Of a DNA stretch of 64,000 nt, positions 9,783-19,336 are shown piece by piece; position 1 is the stretch's first letter; the number at the start of each line of letters is the position of its first letter. The notes under the pieces are model-generated. The model was not told where the DNA came from, searched no databases, and worked only from the letters and a program-made list of their open reading frames with translations. Source of the stretch: Thermoanaerobaculia bacterium (GTDB lineage: Bacteria > Acidobacteriota > Thermoanaerobaculia > UBA5066); NCBI GenBank assembly GCA_963816185.1, contig CAWFJJ010000001.1, forward strand, positions 512,001 to 576,000, written 5' to 3'. Both the position numbers and the translations under genes were made by a program.

Positions 9783-10840
9783 CGACCGCCGCCGCCGTGC
9801 GCCCTCTTCGAATGGGCACGCGGGCGAGCGCGCTGGCGCGCACTCAGTCGGGCGCCTTCGCGGCGCAGCTGGCGCTCCTCTCGGGCCGCCCCGTCGAGAC
9901 GATCGTCATCCGCACGCACGGCGATCAGCTTTCGAGCGAGGGCAAGGCCCCGCCCGGAGGGGACGCCGCCGGCGTCTTCGTTCGCGCGCTCGACGAGGCG
10001 CTCCTGAGGAACGAGATCGACTTCGCCGTCCATTCCCTGAAGGACGTTCCGACGGCCGTCGCTCCCGGCGTCGCTCTCGCCGCCGTGCCGAAGCGTGCGG
10101 ACGGGCGCGACGCGCTCGTCGTCGCCTCGCGTCACGCCGGCGTCACGACGGTGAGCGCGCTTCCACCCGGGGCGCGCGTCGCCACGTCGTCGCCCCGGCG
10201 GGTGTCGCAGCTCCTGAGTTTACGGCCCGACCTCGTGACGGTCGCGATCGCGGGCAACGTGGACACGCGCCTCCAGCGCCTCGAAGAGGGCCGCGCCGAC
10301 GCGCTCATCCTCGCGTGCGCGGGCCTCGACCGGCTCGGAAGGGAAAACGTCATCACACGCCGGCTCGAGAGGGACGAGATGCTCGGCGCGCCGGCGCAGG
10401 GCGCCCTGGGAATCAGCTGCCGAGAGGACGACGTCGAAACGATCGCGGCGTTGAAGAGGATGGATGATTTCGAGACGCGCATGGCGGCCGAAGCCGAAAG
10501 GGATCTGCTGCATTTCCTGAGAGGCGGATGCCGGGCGCCTGTCGGCGCCCGGGGATTCTTCGAAGGGGAAGAGGGGAGCCGCACGCTGAAGCTCGTGGGC
10601 CGCGTGCTGTCGCTCGACGGCCGCGAATGCCTCGAAGACGAAGTGAGCGAGCCGTTCGCGCCGCCGTCCCACTCTTCACTTTCTAAGAAATCTCCGTCTT
10701 TGTCTCCTTATTCTTCTTCCCCTTCCAAGAAATCTTCGTCTTCCTCTTTCTCTTCTCTTGGTCGCGCCCTCGCCGAGCGCCTTCTCGCGCGCGGCGCCGC
10801 GCGACTCATCGACGCGGCGCGAGAGCGGACACCGGGGTGA
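9779..10840 (+). CDS. hemC: Hydroxymethylbilane synthase (porphobilinogen deaminase) with a Ser-rich insert near the C-terminus
   Basis: GTRASALA, AVHSLKDVP, TSSPRR, GNVDTRL, GGCRAPVG. Confidence 0.95.
   Translation: MTTAAAVRPLRMGTRASALARTQSGAFAAQLALLSGRPVETIVIRTHGDQLSSEGKAPPGGDAAGVFVRALDEALLRNEIDFAVHSLKDVPTAVAPGVALAAVPKRADGRDALVVASRHAGVTTVSALPPGARVATSSPRRVSQLLSLRPDLVTVAIAGNVDTRLQRLEEGRADALILACAGLDRLGRENVITRRLERDEMLGAPAQGALGISCREDDVETIAALKRMDDFETRMAAEAERDLLHFLRGGCRAPVGARGFFEGEEGSRTLKLVGRVLSLDGRECLEDEVSEPFAPPSHSSLSKKSPSLSPYSSSPSKKSSSSSFSSLGRALAERLLARGAARLIDAARERTPG
10680..10734 (+). repeat. Two tandem dispersed-motif copies (TTTCTAAGAAATC, CTTCCAAGAAATC) forming the Ser-rich insert of hemC
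   Basis: Copies at 10680-10692 and 10722-10734 within a ~90-nt pyrimidine tract. Confidence 0.75.
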
Positions 10841-11613
10841 GCGGCAGGATTCTCCTCCTGCGCTCCGGCGCCGCCGGCTCCGAAGACGCCCTTCCGGGCG
10901 ACGTGACCGTCCTTTACACGCACACCGTCGTTCCGCGTCCCGAGGGCATCGCCGAAGCGCTCGCGTTCGACGCGCGCGGAGCGACGCTCGTGATTTCTTC
11001 GAAGGAGACGGTCAACTATCTGCTCCCCCTCTTTCGCGCTCCTTTCGCCCAGATGCTGGCGGTAGGACAGGGCACGGGGACTCTGCTCAGAAAGGTGAAT
11101 ATGGGGGGCGCCGGGGGAGGCCGCCTGGGCGAAGCGACGAACGCCGGCGGGGAAATCGCACCGCCAGTCATCGTCCCCGAGGTTCCCGGAGCCGCGGGTG
11201 TCCTTCACTTTCTAAGAAACTCTTCCGTGCCCTCCCTCATGCGCATCCTCTGGCCGCATGGCTCCGACGCGGCGCCCGAGCCGCTGGAGCAGGTGCGCGC
11301 TCTCGGCATCCGGCTCGTCGCGCCGATCGTTTACGAAAAACGTCCTCTTTCTCCCTCCGAGCTGAATCCCTCGATCCTCGCCGATTTCCGAGCAGGCCGG
11401 TTCGCCGCGGTCGCCGTGGGCTCCACGGCGGCCCTCGACGTCCTGCTCGCCGCCCTGGATTCCAAGGCCGCGCGTCCACCGAAAGTAAGATGGGGCGTGC
11501 TCGGGCCCGAGAGCGCGAAGGCCGTGACCGCCCGAGGCCTTCCGGCCCCCTCGATTCCCGCGCACGCGCGACTTTTCGACCTCCTCGAGCTCCTGCGGAA
11601 GGAAACACGATGA
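10837..11613 (+). CDS. hemD: Uroporphyrinogen-III synthase (divergent)
   Basis: Position between hemC and hemB; AVGQGT, IVYEK, LGPESA HemD-like motifs. Confidence 0.7.
   Translation: MSGRILLLRSGAAGSEDALPGDVTVLYTHTVVPRPEGIAEALAFDARGATLVISSKETVNYLLPLFRAPFAQMLAVGQGTGTLLRKVNMGGAGGGRLGEATNAGGEIAPPVIVPEVPGAAGVLHFLRNSSVPSLMRILWPHGSDAAPEPLEQVRALGIRLVAPIVYEKRPLSPSELNPSILADFRAGRFAAVAVGSTAALDVLLAALDSKAARPPKVRWGVLGPESAKAVTARGLPAPSIPAHARLFDLLELLRKETR
10992..11221. repeat. Inverted pair of dispersed-motif copies in hemD
   Basis: GATTTCTTCGAAG (10992-11004, -) and TTTCTAAGAAACT (11209-11221, +). Confidence 0.6.
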
Positions 11614-12581
11614 CCTTTCCCCTCCACCGCTATCGCCGGCTCCGCCGCTCCGAGAGCCTCCGAACGATCGTGCGCGAGACGTCGCTCGCCCCCTCGGACT
11701 TCATCGCGCCGATCTTCGTCGTGCCAGGCGCCGGTGTGCGCCAGCCGGTGCTGTCGATGCCGGGCGTCGACCGCGTGTCGGCGGAGCTGGCCGGAAAGGA
11801 CGCGAAATCGCTCGCAACTCTCGGCGTCCTCTCGGTGATCCTGTTCGGGATCCCCGAGGAGAAGGACCCGCAGGGCAAGTCCTCCGCGGATCCCGAGGGT
11901 CCGGTCTGCCGCGCCGTGCGCGCGATCAAGGCCGAAAGCCCGAAGACCATCGTCATGACCGACGTCTGCCTCTGCGAGTACACGGATCACGGCCATTGCG
12001 GGGTTCTCGCGCACGAAACGGTGGACAACGACGCGACGCTCCCGATCCTCGCGGCCGAAGCGCTCGCGCACGCGCAGGCGGGAGCCGACGTCGTCGCGCC
12101 CTCGGACATGATGGACGGGCGCGTCGGGGCGATCCGCGCCGCTCTCGACAAATCCGGCTTCCGGGACGTGGCGCTTCTCGCGTACGCCGCGAAGTACGCG
12201 TCGGGCTTCTACGGGCCTTTTCGCGAAGCCGCCGAATCGACGCCGTCTTTCGGCGACCGCCGCGCCTACCAGATGGACCCGGCGAACGTCCGCGAGGCGA
12301 TCAAGGAAGTTCTCTCCGACGTCGAAGAGGGCGCGGACCTCGTCATGGTGAAGCCCGCGCTCTCGTACCTCGACGTCGTGCGCGCCGCCAAGGAGGCCAC
12401 GAACGTGCCGGTCGCCTGCTACAACGTGTCCGGCGAGTACGCGATGGTGAAGGCGGCCGCGCAAAACGGCTGGATCGACGGCCCGCGCGTCACGCTCGAG
12501 ATCCTCACGTCCATGAAGCGTGCGGGCGCGGATTTGATCCTGACGTATCACGCGAAGGAGGCGGCCGAGTGGCTGGCGTGA
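11610..12581 (+). CDS. hemB: Porphobilinogen synthase (ALA dehydratase)
   Basis: DVCLCEYTDHGHCG, PSDMMDGR, FYGPFREA, MVKPA. Confidence 0.97.
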   Translation: MTFPLHRYRRLRRSESLRTIVRETSLAPSDFIAPIFVVPGAGVRQPVLSMPGVDRVSAELAGKDAKSLATLGVLSVILFGIPEEKDPQGKSSADPEGPVCRAVRAIKAESPKTIVMTDVCLCEYTDHGHCGVLAHETVDNDATLPILAAEALAHAQAGADVVAPSDMMDGRVGAIRAALDKSGFRDVALLAYAAKYASGFYGPFREAAESTPSFGDRRAYQMDPANVREAIKEVLSDVEEGADLVMVKPALSYLDVVRAAKEATNVPVACYNVSGEYAMVKAAAQNGWIDGPRVTLEILTSMKRAGADLILTYHAKEAAEWLA

Positions 12582-13903
12582 CCCGGAAGCGTCTTCGCAG
12601 AACGTCCCAGTCTGAAGCCCTCTTCGCGCGCGCACGGCTGCGCATGCCCGGCGGCGTGTCGTCGCCCGTGCGTTCGTTCGCGTCGGTGGGCGGGACGCCG
12701 TTCTTCGTCAAGAAGGGCCGCGGGGGCACAGTGATCGACGCCGACGGCAACCGCTACGTGGACTGGGTCATGTCCTACGGCCCGCTCGTGTTCGGGCACG
12801 CGCATGGTCCGGTTCTCTCGGCCGTGAGGAGAGTCCTGCCCCGCGGAACGTCGTACGGCGCGCCGACGAGGGGCGAGGTCGAGCTGGCCGAGCGCGTCAC
12901 GAAGGCGTTCCCGTCGATGGAGAAGGTGCGCTTCGTGTCCTCGGGGACGGAAGCCGCGATGAGCGCGGTGCGCCTTGCCCGCGGCGCCACGGGCCGCGAC
13001 CTCGTCCTGAAGTTCGCGGGCTGCTACCACGGGCACGCGGACTCGTTCCTCGTCTCGGCGGGCTCCGGCGTCGCGACGCTCGGCATTCCAGGCTCGCCGG
13101 GCGTGCCCGCGTCTCTCGCCGGCCTCACGCTGACGGCGCGGTACAACGACCTGGCCTCGGTCGAGGCCCTCTTCGCCGCGCACCCGAAGCGCATCGCGGT
13201 CGTTGCGGTCGAGCCGGTCGCCGCCAACATGGGCGTCGTCGCGCCGGAGCCGGGATTCCTCGAGGGCCTTCGCGCGATCGCGGATCGCGATGGCGCGCTG
13301 CTGCTCTTCGACGAGGTCATCACGGGCTTCCGCCTCGCCAAGGGCGGCGCCCAGGAGCTTTTCGGCGTGCAGGCGGATCTCACGTGCCTCGGCAAGATTC
13401 TCGGGGGCGGGCTGCCGGTCGGCGCGTACGGCGGTCGCGCGGACCTCATGGCGAGGGTCGCGCCGGACGGCCCGGTCTACCAGGCCGGGACGCTCTCGGG
13501 AAACCCGCTCGCGATGGCGGCCGGGAAGGCGATGCTCGATTCCCTCACGCCCGCGGTCTACGCGAAGCTCGAGAAGGCCGCCAGGGAGCTCGAGCGCGGG
13601 ATGAACGCCGCCGCCAAGAAGGTCGGCGTCGAGGACCGTGTCGTGATCAACCGCGTGGGCTCGATCCTCACGCCGTTCTTCACGAAAGGCCCGGTCCTGA
13701 ACTTCGATGACGCGAAGAAATCCGACCTCGAAGCGTTCCGGAAGTGGTTCCACGCGCTCCTCGGAGGCGGCGTTTTCGTCGCCCCGGCGCAGTTCGAGGC
13801 GATGTTCGTGTCGACCGCGCACACGCCTCGCGACATCGCGGCCACCGTCAAGGCGCACGAAACCGCGCTGCGGGCGGCCTTCGGCTCGACGGCCGGCGGT
13901 TGA
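12578..13903 (+). CDS. hemL: Glutamate-1-semialdehyde 2,1-aminomutase
   Basis: PGGVSSPVR, SGTEA, GCYHGH, FDEVITGFR, GKILGGGLP, YQAGTLSGNP. Confidence 0.97.
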   Translation: MTRKRLRRTSQSEALFARARLRMPGGVSSPVRSFASVGGTPFFVKKGRGGTVIDADGNRYVDWVMSYGPLVFGHAHGPVLSAVRRVLPRGTSYGAPTRGEVELAERVTKAFPSMEKVRFVSSGTEAAMSAVRLARGATGRDLVLKFAGCYHGHADSFLVSAGSGVATLGIPGSPGVPASLAGLTLTARYNDLASVEALFAAHPKRIAVVAVEPVAANMGVVAPEPGFLEGLRAIADRDGALLLFDEVITGFRLAKGGAQELFGVQADLTCLGKILGGGLPVGAYGGRADLMARVAPDGPVYQAGTLSGNPLAMAAGKAMLDSLTPAVYAKLEKAARELERGMNAAAKKVGVEDRVVINRVGSILTPFFTKGPVLNFDDAKKSDLEAFRKWFHALLGGGVFVAPAQFEAMFVSTAHTPRDIAATVKAHETALRAAFGSTAGG

Positions 13904-15144
13904 CGGACCCACGGGACCTTCTTCGGGAGGAGGCCCGGTCCCGCGACCGGGCCGACCCGCTCGCGCGCTTTCGGGACGAGTTCGTCTTCGACGAGGGAGG
14001 TCCTCTTTACGTCGACGGGAACTCGCTCGGGCGGCTTCCGAAGCGCACCGCTCCGGCCGTGGAGCGGATCGTGCGCGCCGAGTGGGGCTCGCGCCTCGTG
14101 CGCGGCTGGAACGAGGGTTGGGTGGACGCGCCCCGGCGTGTGGGCGACAAGCTCGCACGTCTCCTCGGCGCGGGGCCCGGCGAGGTGACCGTTTCGGACG
14201 CGACGAGCGTGAACCTCTTCAAGCTCGCCGTCGCGGCGCTTCGGGCGCGTCCAGGCCGGAAGACGATCGTCACGGACGCGCTCAACTTTCCCTCGGACCT
14301 CTACGTCCTCGGAGGCGCGGCGCAGCTTCTCGGTGCGGGGAGGCGTGTCGTCGTCGTTCCCGCACGCGATGGAATCACGGTCGACGCCGCGGATCTCGAC
14401 GCGGCGATCACCGAAGACACGGCGCTCGTGTCGCTCTCGCACGTCGCGTACCGAAGCGGCTTTCTCCACGACATGGCGGCCGTCAACGCGCTCGCGCACG
14501 CAGCGGGCGCGCTCGTGCTCTGGGACGTGAGCCATTCGGCGGGAGTCGTCCCGATCGACCTCGAAGGCTCCGGCGCCGACCTCGCGGTGGGGTGCACGTA
14601 CAAGTACCTGAACGGCGGGCCGGGATCTCCCGCGTTCCTCTACGTCCGACGTTCTTTGCAGCAGGAGCTCGAGAGCCCGATTCGCGGCTGGTTCTCGCGT
14701 CACGAGCCCTTCTCCTTTAGCGTGAGCTACGAGCCTGCGCACGATCTCTCCCGGTTTCTCGTTGGCACGCCGCCGATCCTCTCCCTTGCGGCGGCGGAGG
14801 CGGGAGTCGACCTCGCGCTCGAGGCCGGGGTCGGTCCCGTACGGGAGAAGTCGGTCGCGCAGGGGGAGTTCCTCGTGCGCCTCTGGGAGACGTTTCTCGA
14901 GCCGCGAGGTGTGACGCTCCGCTCGCCGCGAGAAGCCGCGCGGCGCGGCTCGCACGTCTCGTTCGGGCATTCCGAGGCCCTCGCGATCGACCGCGCTCTC
15001 ATCGAAGAGATGAGGGTCATCCCGGATTTCCGGCCGCCGGACGTCATCCGCTTCGGCTTCGCGCCTCTTTACACGCGCTTCATGGATCTCTACGAGGCGG
15101 CCGACGGGTTCCGGCGAGTCCTCGACGAGGAGCTGGCCCGCTGA
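13900..15144 (+). CDS. kynU: Kynureninase
   Basis: YVDGNSLG, NFPSDLY, WDVSHSAG, GCTYKYLNGGPG, RGSHVS; TTG start overlaps hemL stop. Confidence 0.9.
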   Translation: MTDPRDLLREEARSRDRADPLARFRDEFVFDEGGPLYVDGNSLGRLPKRTAPAVERIVRAEWGSRLVRGWNEGWVDAPRRVGDKLARLLGAGPGEVTVSDATSVNLFKLAVAALRARPGRKTIVTDALNFPSDLYVLGGAAQLLGAGRRVVVVPARDGITVDAADLDAAITEDTALVSLSHVAYRSGFLHDMAAVNALAHAAGALVLWDVSHSAGVVPIDLEGSGADLAVGCTYKYLNGGPGSPAFLYVRRSLQQELESPIRGWFSRHEPFSFSVSYEPAHDLSRFLVGTPPILSLAAAEAGVDLALEAGVGPVREKSVAQGEFLVRLWETFLEPRGVTLRSPREAARRGSHVSFGHSEALAIDRALIEEMRVIPDFRPPDVIRFGFAPLYTRFMDLYEAADGFRRVLDEELAR

Positions 15145-15223
15145 CCGCTGCGCGGTCTCACGGGAGATGGGCGGGCCAGCAGCTGTCAGCGATGGGGGAA
15201 ATTTTTCGACAACGGGCGCATCG

Positions 15224-16888
15224 TCACTCGAACCACCCGACGACATCGAAAATCACCTGGGCCGAGCCGCTGCCGAGACCATCCACGAGAAGGTCGCCGT
15301 TCGCGCCGAGCCCGCCGCTGACGTTGTTCGCGCGCGTCTGGCCGGCCTTGAAGCTCACCGTGGTCGTGCCCGTCGGGCCCGATCCCCCCGGCACGACACG
15401 CAGCGACCCGGCCGCGGTCGGAGAGGTGACCGTGAAGTTGCCGGCGATCGACTTTGCCGTGGCGGGCACGCCGCACCGCCCCCTGATGACGAACGAGCGC
15501 GAGGAGCCCGCGGAGATCGCGGGTCCCCCGTAGGGTCCGGTTGCATTCCGCGTGTCGAAGACCCGGCAGGGTGTGAGCGCGTGGAAGGACGTCGCGGGCG
15601 GCGGAGGCAGTGCCGGCGTGTAATCCACCTGCACCGTGAGCGAGGTCGAGGTCTTCGAGAGCGTCGTGATGGTGAGCAGGAGCTCGGGATCCGTGAACGT
15701 CGCGCCGACATCGAGCTCGGCGTCGTCGAAGGTCGTCGTGGCGGGCTTCATGTCGAGGAGGTCCGTCCCGCCGACGGCGCTTGGCGCGAAGCGGAGCAAT
15801 CCGCCGTTCACGACGGTCGTCGGTTCTCCGGCGTCGAAGCCGGCGCGGTTCCGCCACTCGATCCAGTACGTCCGTGCGGGCATCGTCGTGGGAATTTTCA
15901 CGGCGTACATCGATTGCCCTGGCGTCTCGAGCGCGCCGATCGTGTACGTCGCGGTGCCGCCGGGGTGCGCGCGCACGCTGCCGGCGGGCAGCCAGCCGAA
16001 CGAGTCCTTGAACTGCGCGTTGAAGTGTCCCGCTCGCGAGTTGCCCATGACGTCGAAGCGGTCGCCGTACTCGCTGCGCGTGCATCCCGAGGGCGCGATC
16101 GTCACGGTCCCGCAGTCGTACGAGTGCGCGTGCAGGACGCCGAAGTTGTGGCCCAGCTCGTGGGCCGCGACGAGAAGGCCCATCGAACCCGTCCCGTTGA
16201 TCCAGGCCCCCGACCCGCCCACGTACCCGAGCCCGTTCCAGCCGCACGCGCTGATCGACGGAAATACCCAGAGGACGAAGTTGTAGCTCGCGAGGTTGTA
16301 GCCGGCCGCCGCCGCGCGCGCGTTTCCCTGCGATTGGATCGTGCTCGTGTCGCAGGTCGTGGGCTTGGCGACGGTGGCCGTCACGAGGGCGACGTCCCCC
16401 GTCATCGAGACGAGTCCGTAGGAAGCCTCGTTGTAGAAGCGCGCGACGCTCGAGCCGGCGCCGAAGAAGAGGTTCTGGGCGTTCGTAACCGTCGTGGCGT
16501 TCAGGGAGGTGTCGTTCGTGAAGTCGAGGAGGATGACGAGGACGCGCTTGGCTCCGGTGGTCCAGGCGCTGAGGGGCTCGCGCGCGAGAGGCGCGCGCGA
16601 AAGCCGCTCGACCTCCTCCACGTCGAAGGCTTCCGGCCGGGGGCGCCCCTGGACGGCGATGCGGTCGCCCGTCCGAAGCTCCGCCGGGGGCTCCACGAAG
16701 CGAAGTCGGAGGGTCTCCCCGTCGTCCGTGTGGAGCTCGTAGTGGAACTCGGCTCTTTGGTTCGGGAAGTCGTCGGACACGCCGACGAAAAGGGTGCCCG
16801 TCCTCAGGAACGGGTCGTCGGCCCGCGCGAGCAGGCTCGGCAATGCGGCGAGCGAGAGCGTGAGGAACGCGATGCGGAAACGCTGCAT
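15224..16888 (-). CDS. Secreted metzincin-type metallopeptidase (M11/M6-like) with a C-terminal beta domain
   Basis: Signal peptide; HELGHNFGVLH (HExxHxxGxxH); EYGD..DVMG Met-turn; C-terminal PCRVFDTR...FDVVGWF domain. Confidence 0.8.
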   Translation of the reverse strand: MQRFRIAFLTLSLAALPSLLARADDPFLRTGTLFVGVSDDFPNQRAEFHYELHTDDGETLRLRFVEPPAELRTGDRIAVQGRPRPEAFDVEEVERLSRAPLAREPLSAWTTGAKRVLVILLDFTNDTSLNATTVTNAQNLFFGAGSSVARFYNEASYGLVSMTGDVALVTATVAKPTTCDTSTIQSQGNARAAAAGYNLASYNFVLWVFPSISACGWNGLGYVGGSGAWINGTGSMGLLVAAHELGHNFGVLHAHSYDCGTVTIAPSGCTRSEYGDRFDVMGNSRAGHFNAQFKDSFGWLPAGSVRAHPGGTATYTIGALETPGQSMYAVKIPTTMPARTYWIEWRNRAGFDAGEPTTVVNGGLLRFAPSAVGGTDLLDMKPATTTFDDAELDVGATFTDPELLLTITTLSKTSTSLTVQVDYTPALPPPPATSFHALTPCRVFDTRNATGPYGGPAISAGSSRSFVIRGRCGVPATAKSIAGNFTVTSPTAAGSLRVVPGGSGPTGTTTVSFKAGQTRANNVSGGLGANGDLLVDGLGSGSAQVIFDVVGWFE

Positions 16889-16999
16889 GGGATACCTCTA
16901 AAAGAGATCCGGCAGTGGAAACGCGTTGCTCCGGAGAGGTTACCTCTTTTCGAACAGACCGGCTGGAAGAACCCCCTGAGTTTGTACCTCGGAGTAATT

Positions 17000-17015
17000 T
17001 GATGCAACTGAATCA
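17000..17015. promoter_or_regulatory. Palindromic operator candidate TGATGCAACTGAATCA upstream of mtrC
   Basis: TTTGAT-N8-ATCAAA dyad; near-identical copies at 26159-26174 and 62130-62145. Confidence 0.65.
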
Positions 17016-17127
17016 AAGCGTTGCCGGTTGCCTGCCCCTACCCTCAGGAACGGATGAAACCAGCCATTTCTCGCGAACGCCCGTTCGTTGACTCTTTTTA
17101 GGTTTTTCTTCGGTAAGGAGGCTGACG

Positions 17128-19323
17128 ATGTCACTGGTATCACGCACGGCTCTCACATTCCTCGCTGGTCTGGTCGCGGTGCCAATGACACCGGTGGCGC
17201 ATACCGGCCCTTCGGGCTCCCCGGTGGCACGCGCAGCGACCCCAGTCGCCTATGACGTGACACAGAAGGAGTACTACCTCTCGGCCGACCAGGCCACCTT
17301 CGTCCGTCCGGGCTACGTCATCAAGGTGAACAGCGTCACGATCGGAGCCGACCGCAAGCCCGTCGTGGACGTGAACATCACGGACACCGCAGGCCAGCCC
17401 ATCGACCGTCTCGGCGTTCTGACGCCGGGTGCGGCGGGGGCGAGCTTCATCGCGGCATGGTGGGATCCTGCGACGCGATACTACACGGCGTACACGACGC
17501 GCACCGCGACGGCCGCTCCTCCGGCGGATCCTTCGAGGATCGGAAACAAGACCGTCCAGGCCGGCACGGACACGGGCGGCAAGTACACGGACCTCGAGAC
17601 GGGGCACTACAAGTATGCGTTCGGCACCGCGCTGCCGGCCGGCTTCGATCAGACGAAGACGACGACGATCGGGATCTACGGCAACCGCGTCATGCCGGCC
17701 GACATCCTCGACGGCAAGACGTACACCGCCAACATCGAGTACGACTTCCGGCCCGACGGAGCCGCTGTCGCCGACAAGTGGGGCAAGATCAACCAGGCGA
17801 CGAGCTGCAACAACTGCCACGATCCGCTCTCGGCCCACGGCGGCTCTCGCCAGGACGTGAAGCTCTGCGTCCTCTGCCACCAGCCCCAGACGGTCGACCC
17901 CGACACCGGCAACACGGTCGACTTCAAGGTCATGATCCACAAGATCCACGACGGCGAGCACCTTCCGAGCGTCGTGGCCGGAACGCCCTACGAGATCATC
18001 GGGAACGCCCAGTCGGTTCACGACTACTCCATCGTCACGTACCCGCAGGAGATCCGCAACTGCGCGAGCTGCCACGAGGGCACCGTCGCGGCCTCCAAGC
18101 CGGCTCAGGCGAGCGTGTGGTACTCGAACCCCTCGAGCGCGGCCTGCGGCTCGTGCCACGACGACGTGAATTTCACGACGGGCGCGAACCACCCGGCCGG
18201 CCCGGCGACGGACGCCACGTGCGCCACCTGCCACCAGCCGCAGGGCGACGTCGAGTGGGACGCCGGCATCAAGAACGCCCACGTCGTTCCGCTCCACTCG
18301 GCCCAGCTCAAGGGCTACACGGCGGCGATCACCTCCGTCTCGAACGCCGGCCCCGGCAAGAAGATCACGGTCACGTTCCAGCTCAAGAACGGCGACGGCT
18401 CGTTCGTCGACCCGGGCGTCTACAAGAACTCCGCGAACGGTTCGCTCAGCATCAAGCTCGGTGGACCGACGTCCGACTACACGAACGTCGGCATGGCCGC
18501 GAACGGCCAGCCGTTCAGTGAGAGCCCCGCCACGGCGGCCACGCCGGCCGTGTACAACGCCACGACGGGCATCGCGACCTACACGTTCACGAACGCCATC
18601 CCGGCCGCCGCCAAGGGCACGTACGTCGTCTCGATCGAGTCGCGCCGCCCGATCAAGCTGAACCCGGCCCCCACGAAGGGCCCGACCTCGGTCAACGAGG
18701 GCGCGCCGAACCAGCCGTTCTACTTCGCGGTCACGGGCACGACGGTTACGCCCCGCCGCACGTCCGTCCTGCTCTCGAACTGCAACAAGTGCCACCAGGA
18801 CCTCAACGTCACGTTCTCGCACGGCAACCAGCGCATCGCGACTCAGCACTGCGTGATCTGCCACAACCCGAACGGCAGCGATCTCGCCCGCCGGCCGGCA
18901 GACCATTCGGCGGACCCCGGCGAGTCGATCGAGTTCGCGCGCATGATCCACCGTATCCACACGGGCGACGAGCTGACGCAGGATTTCACGATCTACGGGA
19001 ACTCCGGAACGGGGGCCAGCTTCAACGAAGTGACGTACCCCGGCGACCGGCGGAACTGCCTCGCCTGCCACGTGAACATCGCGGCGGTCACGCTCCCGCT
19101 CCCGATCACGAACCAGCCGGTCGTCACGGATCGCGACTTCTTCTCGCCGCGCGGATCGGCCACGGCCGCCTGCACGGGCTGCCATGACAGCCGCGACGTC
19201 GCCGCGCACGCTTTCCTGAACACGGCGTACTTCCCGGGCGCCCCTGGAGTGCCCGCCGAGGCCTGCGGCACCTGCCACGGGGCCGGTGCCACATACGCAG
19301 TCGACGTCGTCCACGCGCGCTGA
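17128..19323 (+). CDS. mtrC: OmcA/MtrC family decaheme c-type cytochrome
   Basis: 10 CxxCH in two groups of 5, each after a beta-rich domain; FKVMIHKIH and FARMIHRIH; YP-xx-xRNC; AAGGAGG RBS. Confidence 0.9.
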   Translation: MSLVSRTALTFLAGLVAVPMTPVAHTGPSGSPVARAATPVAYDVTQKEYYLSADQATFVRPGYVIKVNSVTIGADRKPVVDVNITDTAGQPIDRLGVLTPGAAGASFIAAWWDPATRYYTAYTTRTATAAPPADPSRIGNKTVQAGTDTGGKYTDLETGHYKYAFGTALPAGFDQTKTTTIGIYGNRVMPADILDGKTYTANIEYDFRPDGAAVADKWGKINQATSCNNCHDPLSAHGGSRQDVKLCVLCHQPQTVDPDTGNTVDFKVMIHKIHDGEHLPSVVAGTPYEIIGNAQSVHDYSIVTYPQEIRNCASCHEGTVAASKPAQASVWYSNPSSAACGSCHDDVNFTTGANHPAGPATDATCATCHQPQGDVEWDAGIKNAHVVPLHSAQLKGYTAAITSVSNAGPGKKITVTFQLKNGDGSFVDPGVYKNSANGSLSIKLGGPTSDYTNVGMAANGQPFSESPATAATPAVYNATTGIATYTFTNAIPAAAKGTYVVSIESRRPIKLNPAPTKGPTSVNEGAPNQPFYFAVTGTTVTPRRTSVLLSNCNKCHQDLNVTFSHGNQRIATQHCVICHNPNGSDLARRPADHSADPGESIEFARMIHRIHTGDELTQDFTIYGNSGTGASFNEVTYPGDRRNCLACHVNIAAVTLPLPITNQPVVTDRDFFSPRGSATAACTGCHDSRDVAAHAFLNTAYFPGAPGVPAEACGTCHGAGATYAVDVVHAR

Positions 19324-19336
19324 CGAGTAAAAGGCC

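Noticed and set aside
16916-16930. Possible sigma54 -24/-12 promoter TGGAAACGCGTTGCT upstream of mtrC
   Set aside because: GG-to-GC spacing is 9 nt rather than the required 10.
16999-17016. Canonical FNR box
   Set aside because: The half-sites match but the spacer is 8 nt, not 4; reported as a distinct motif instead.
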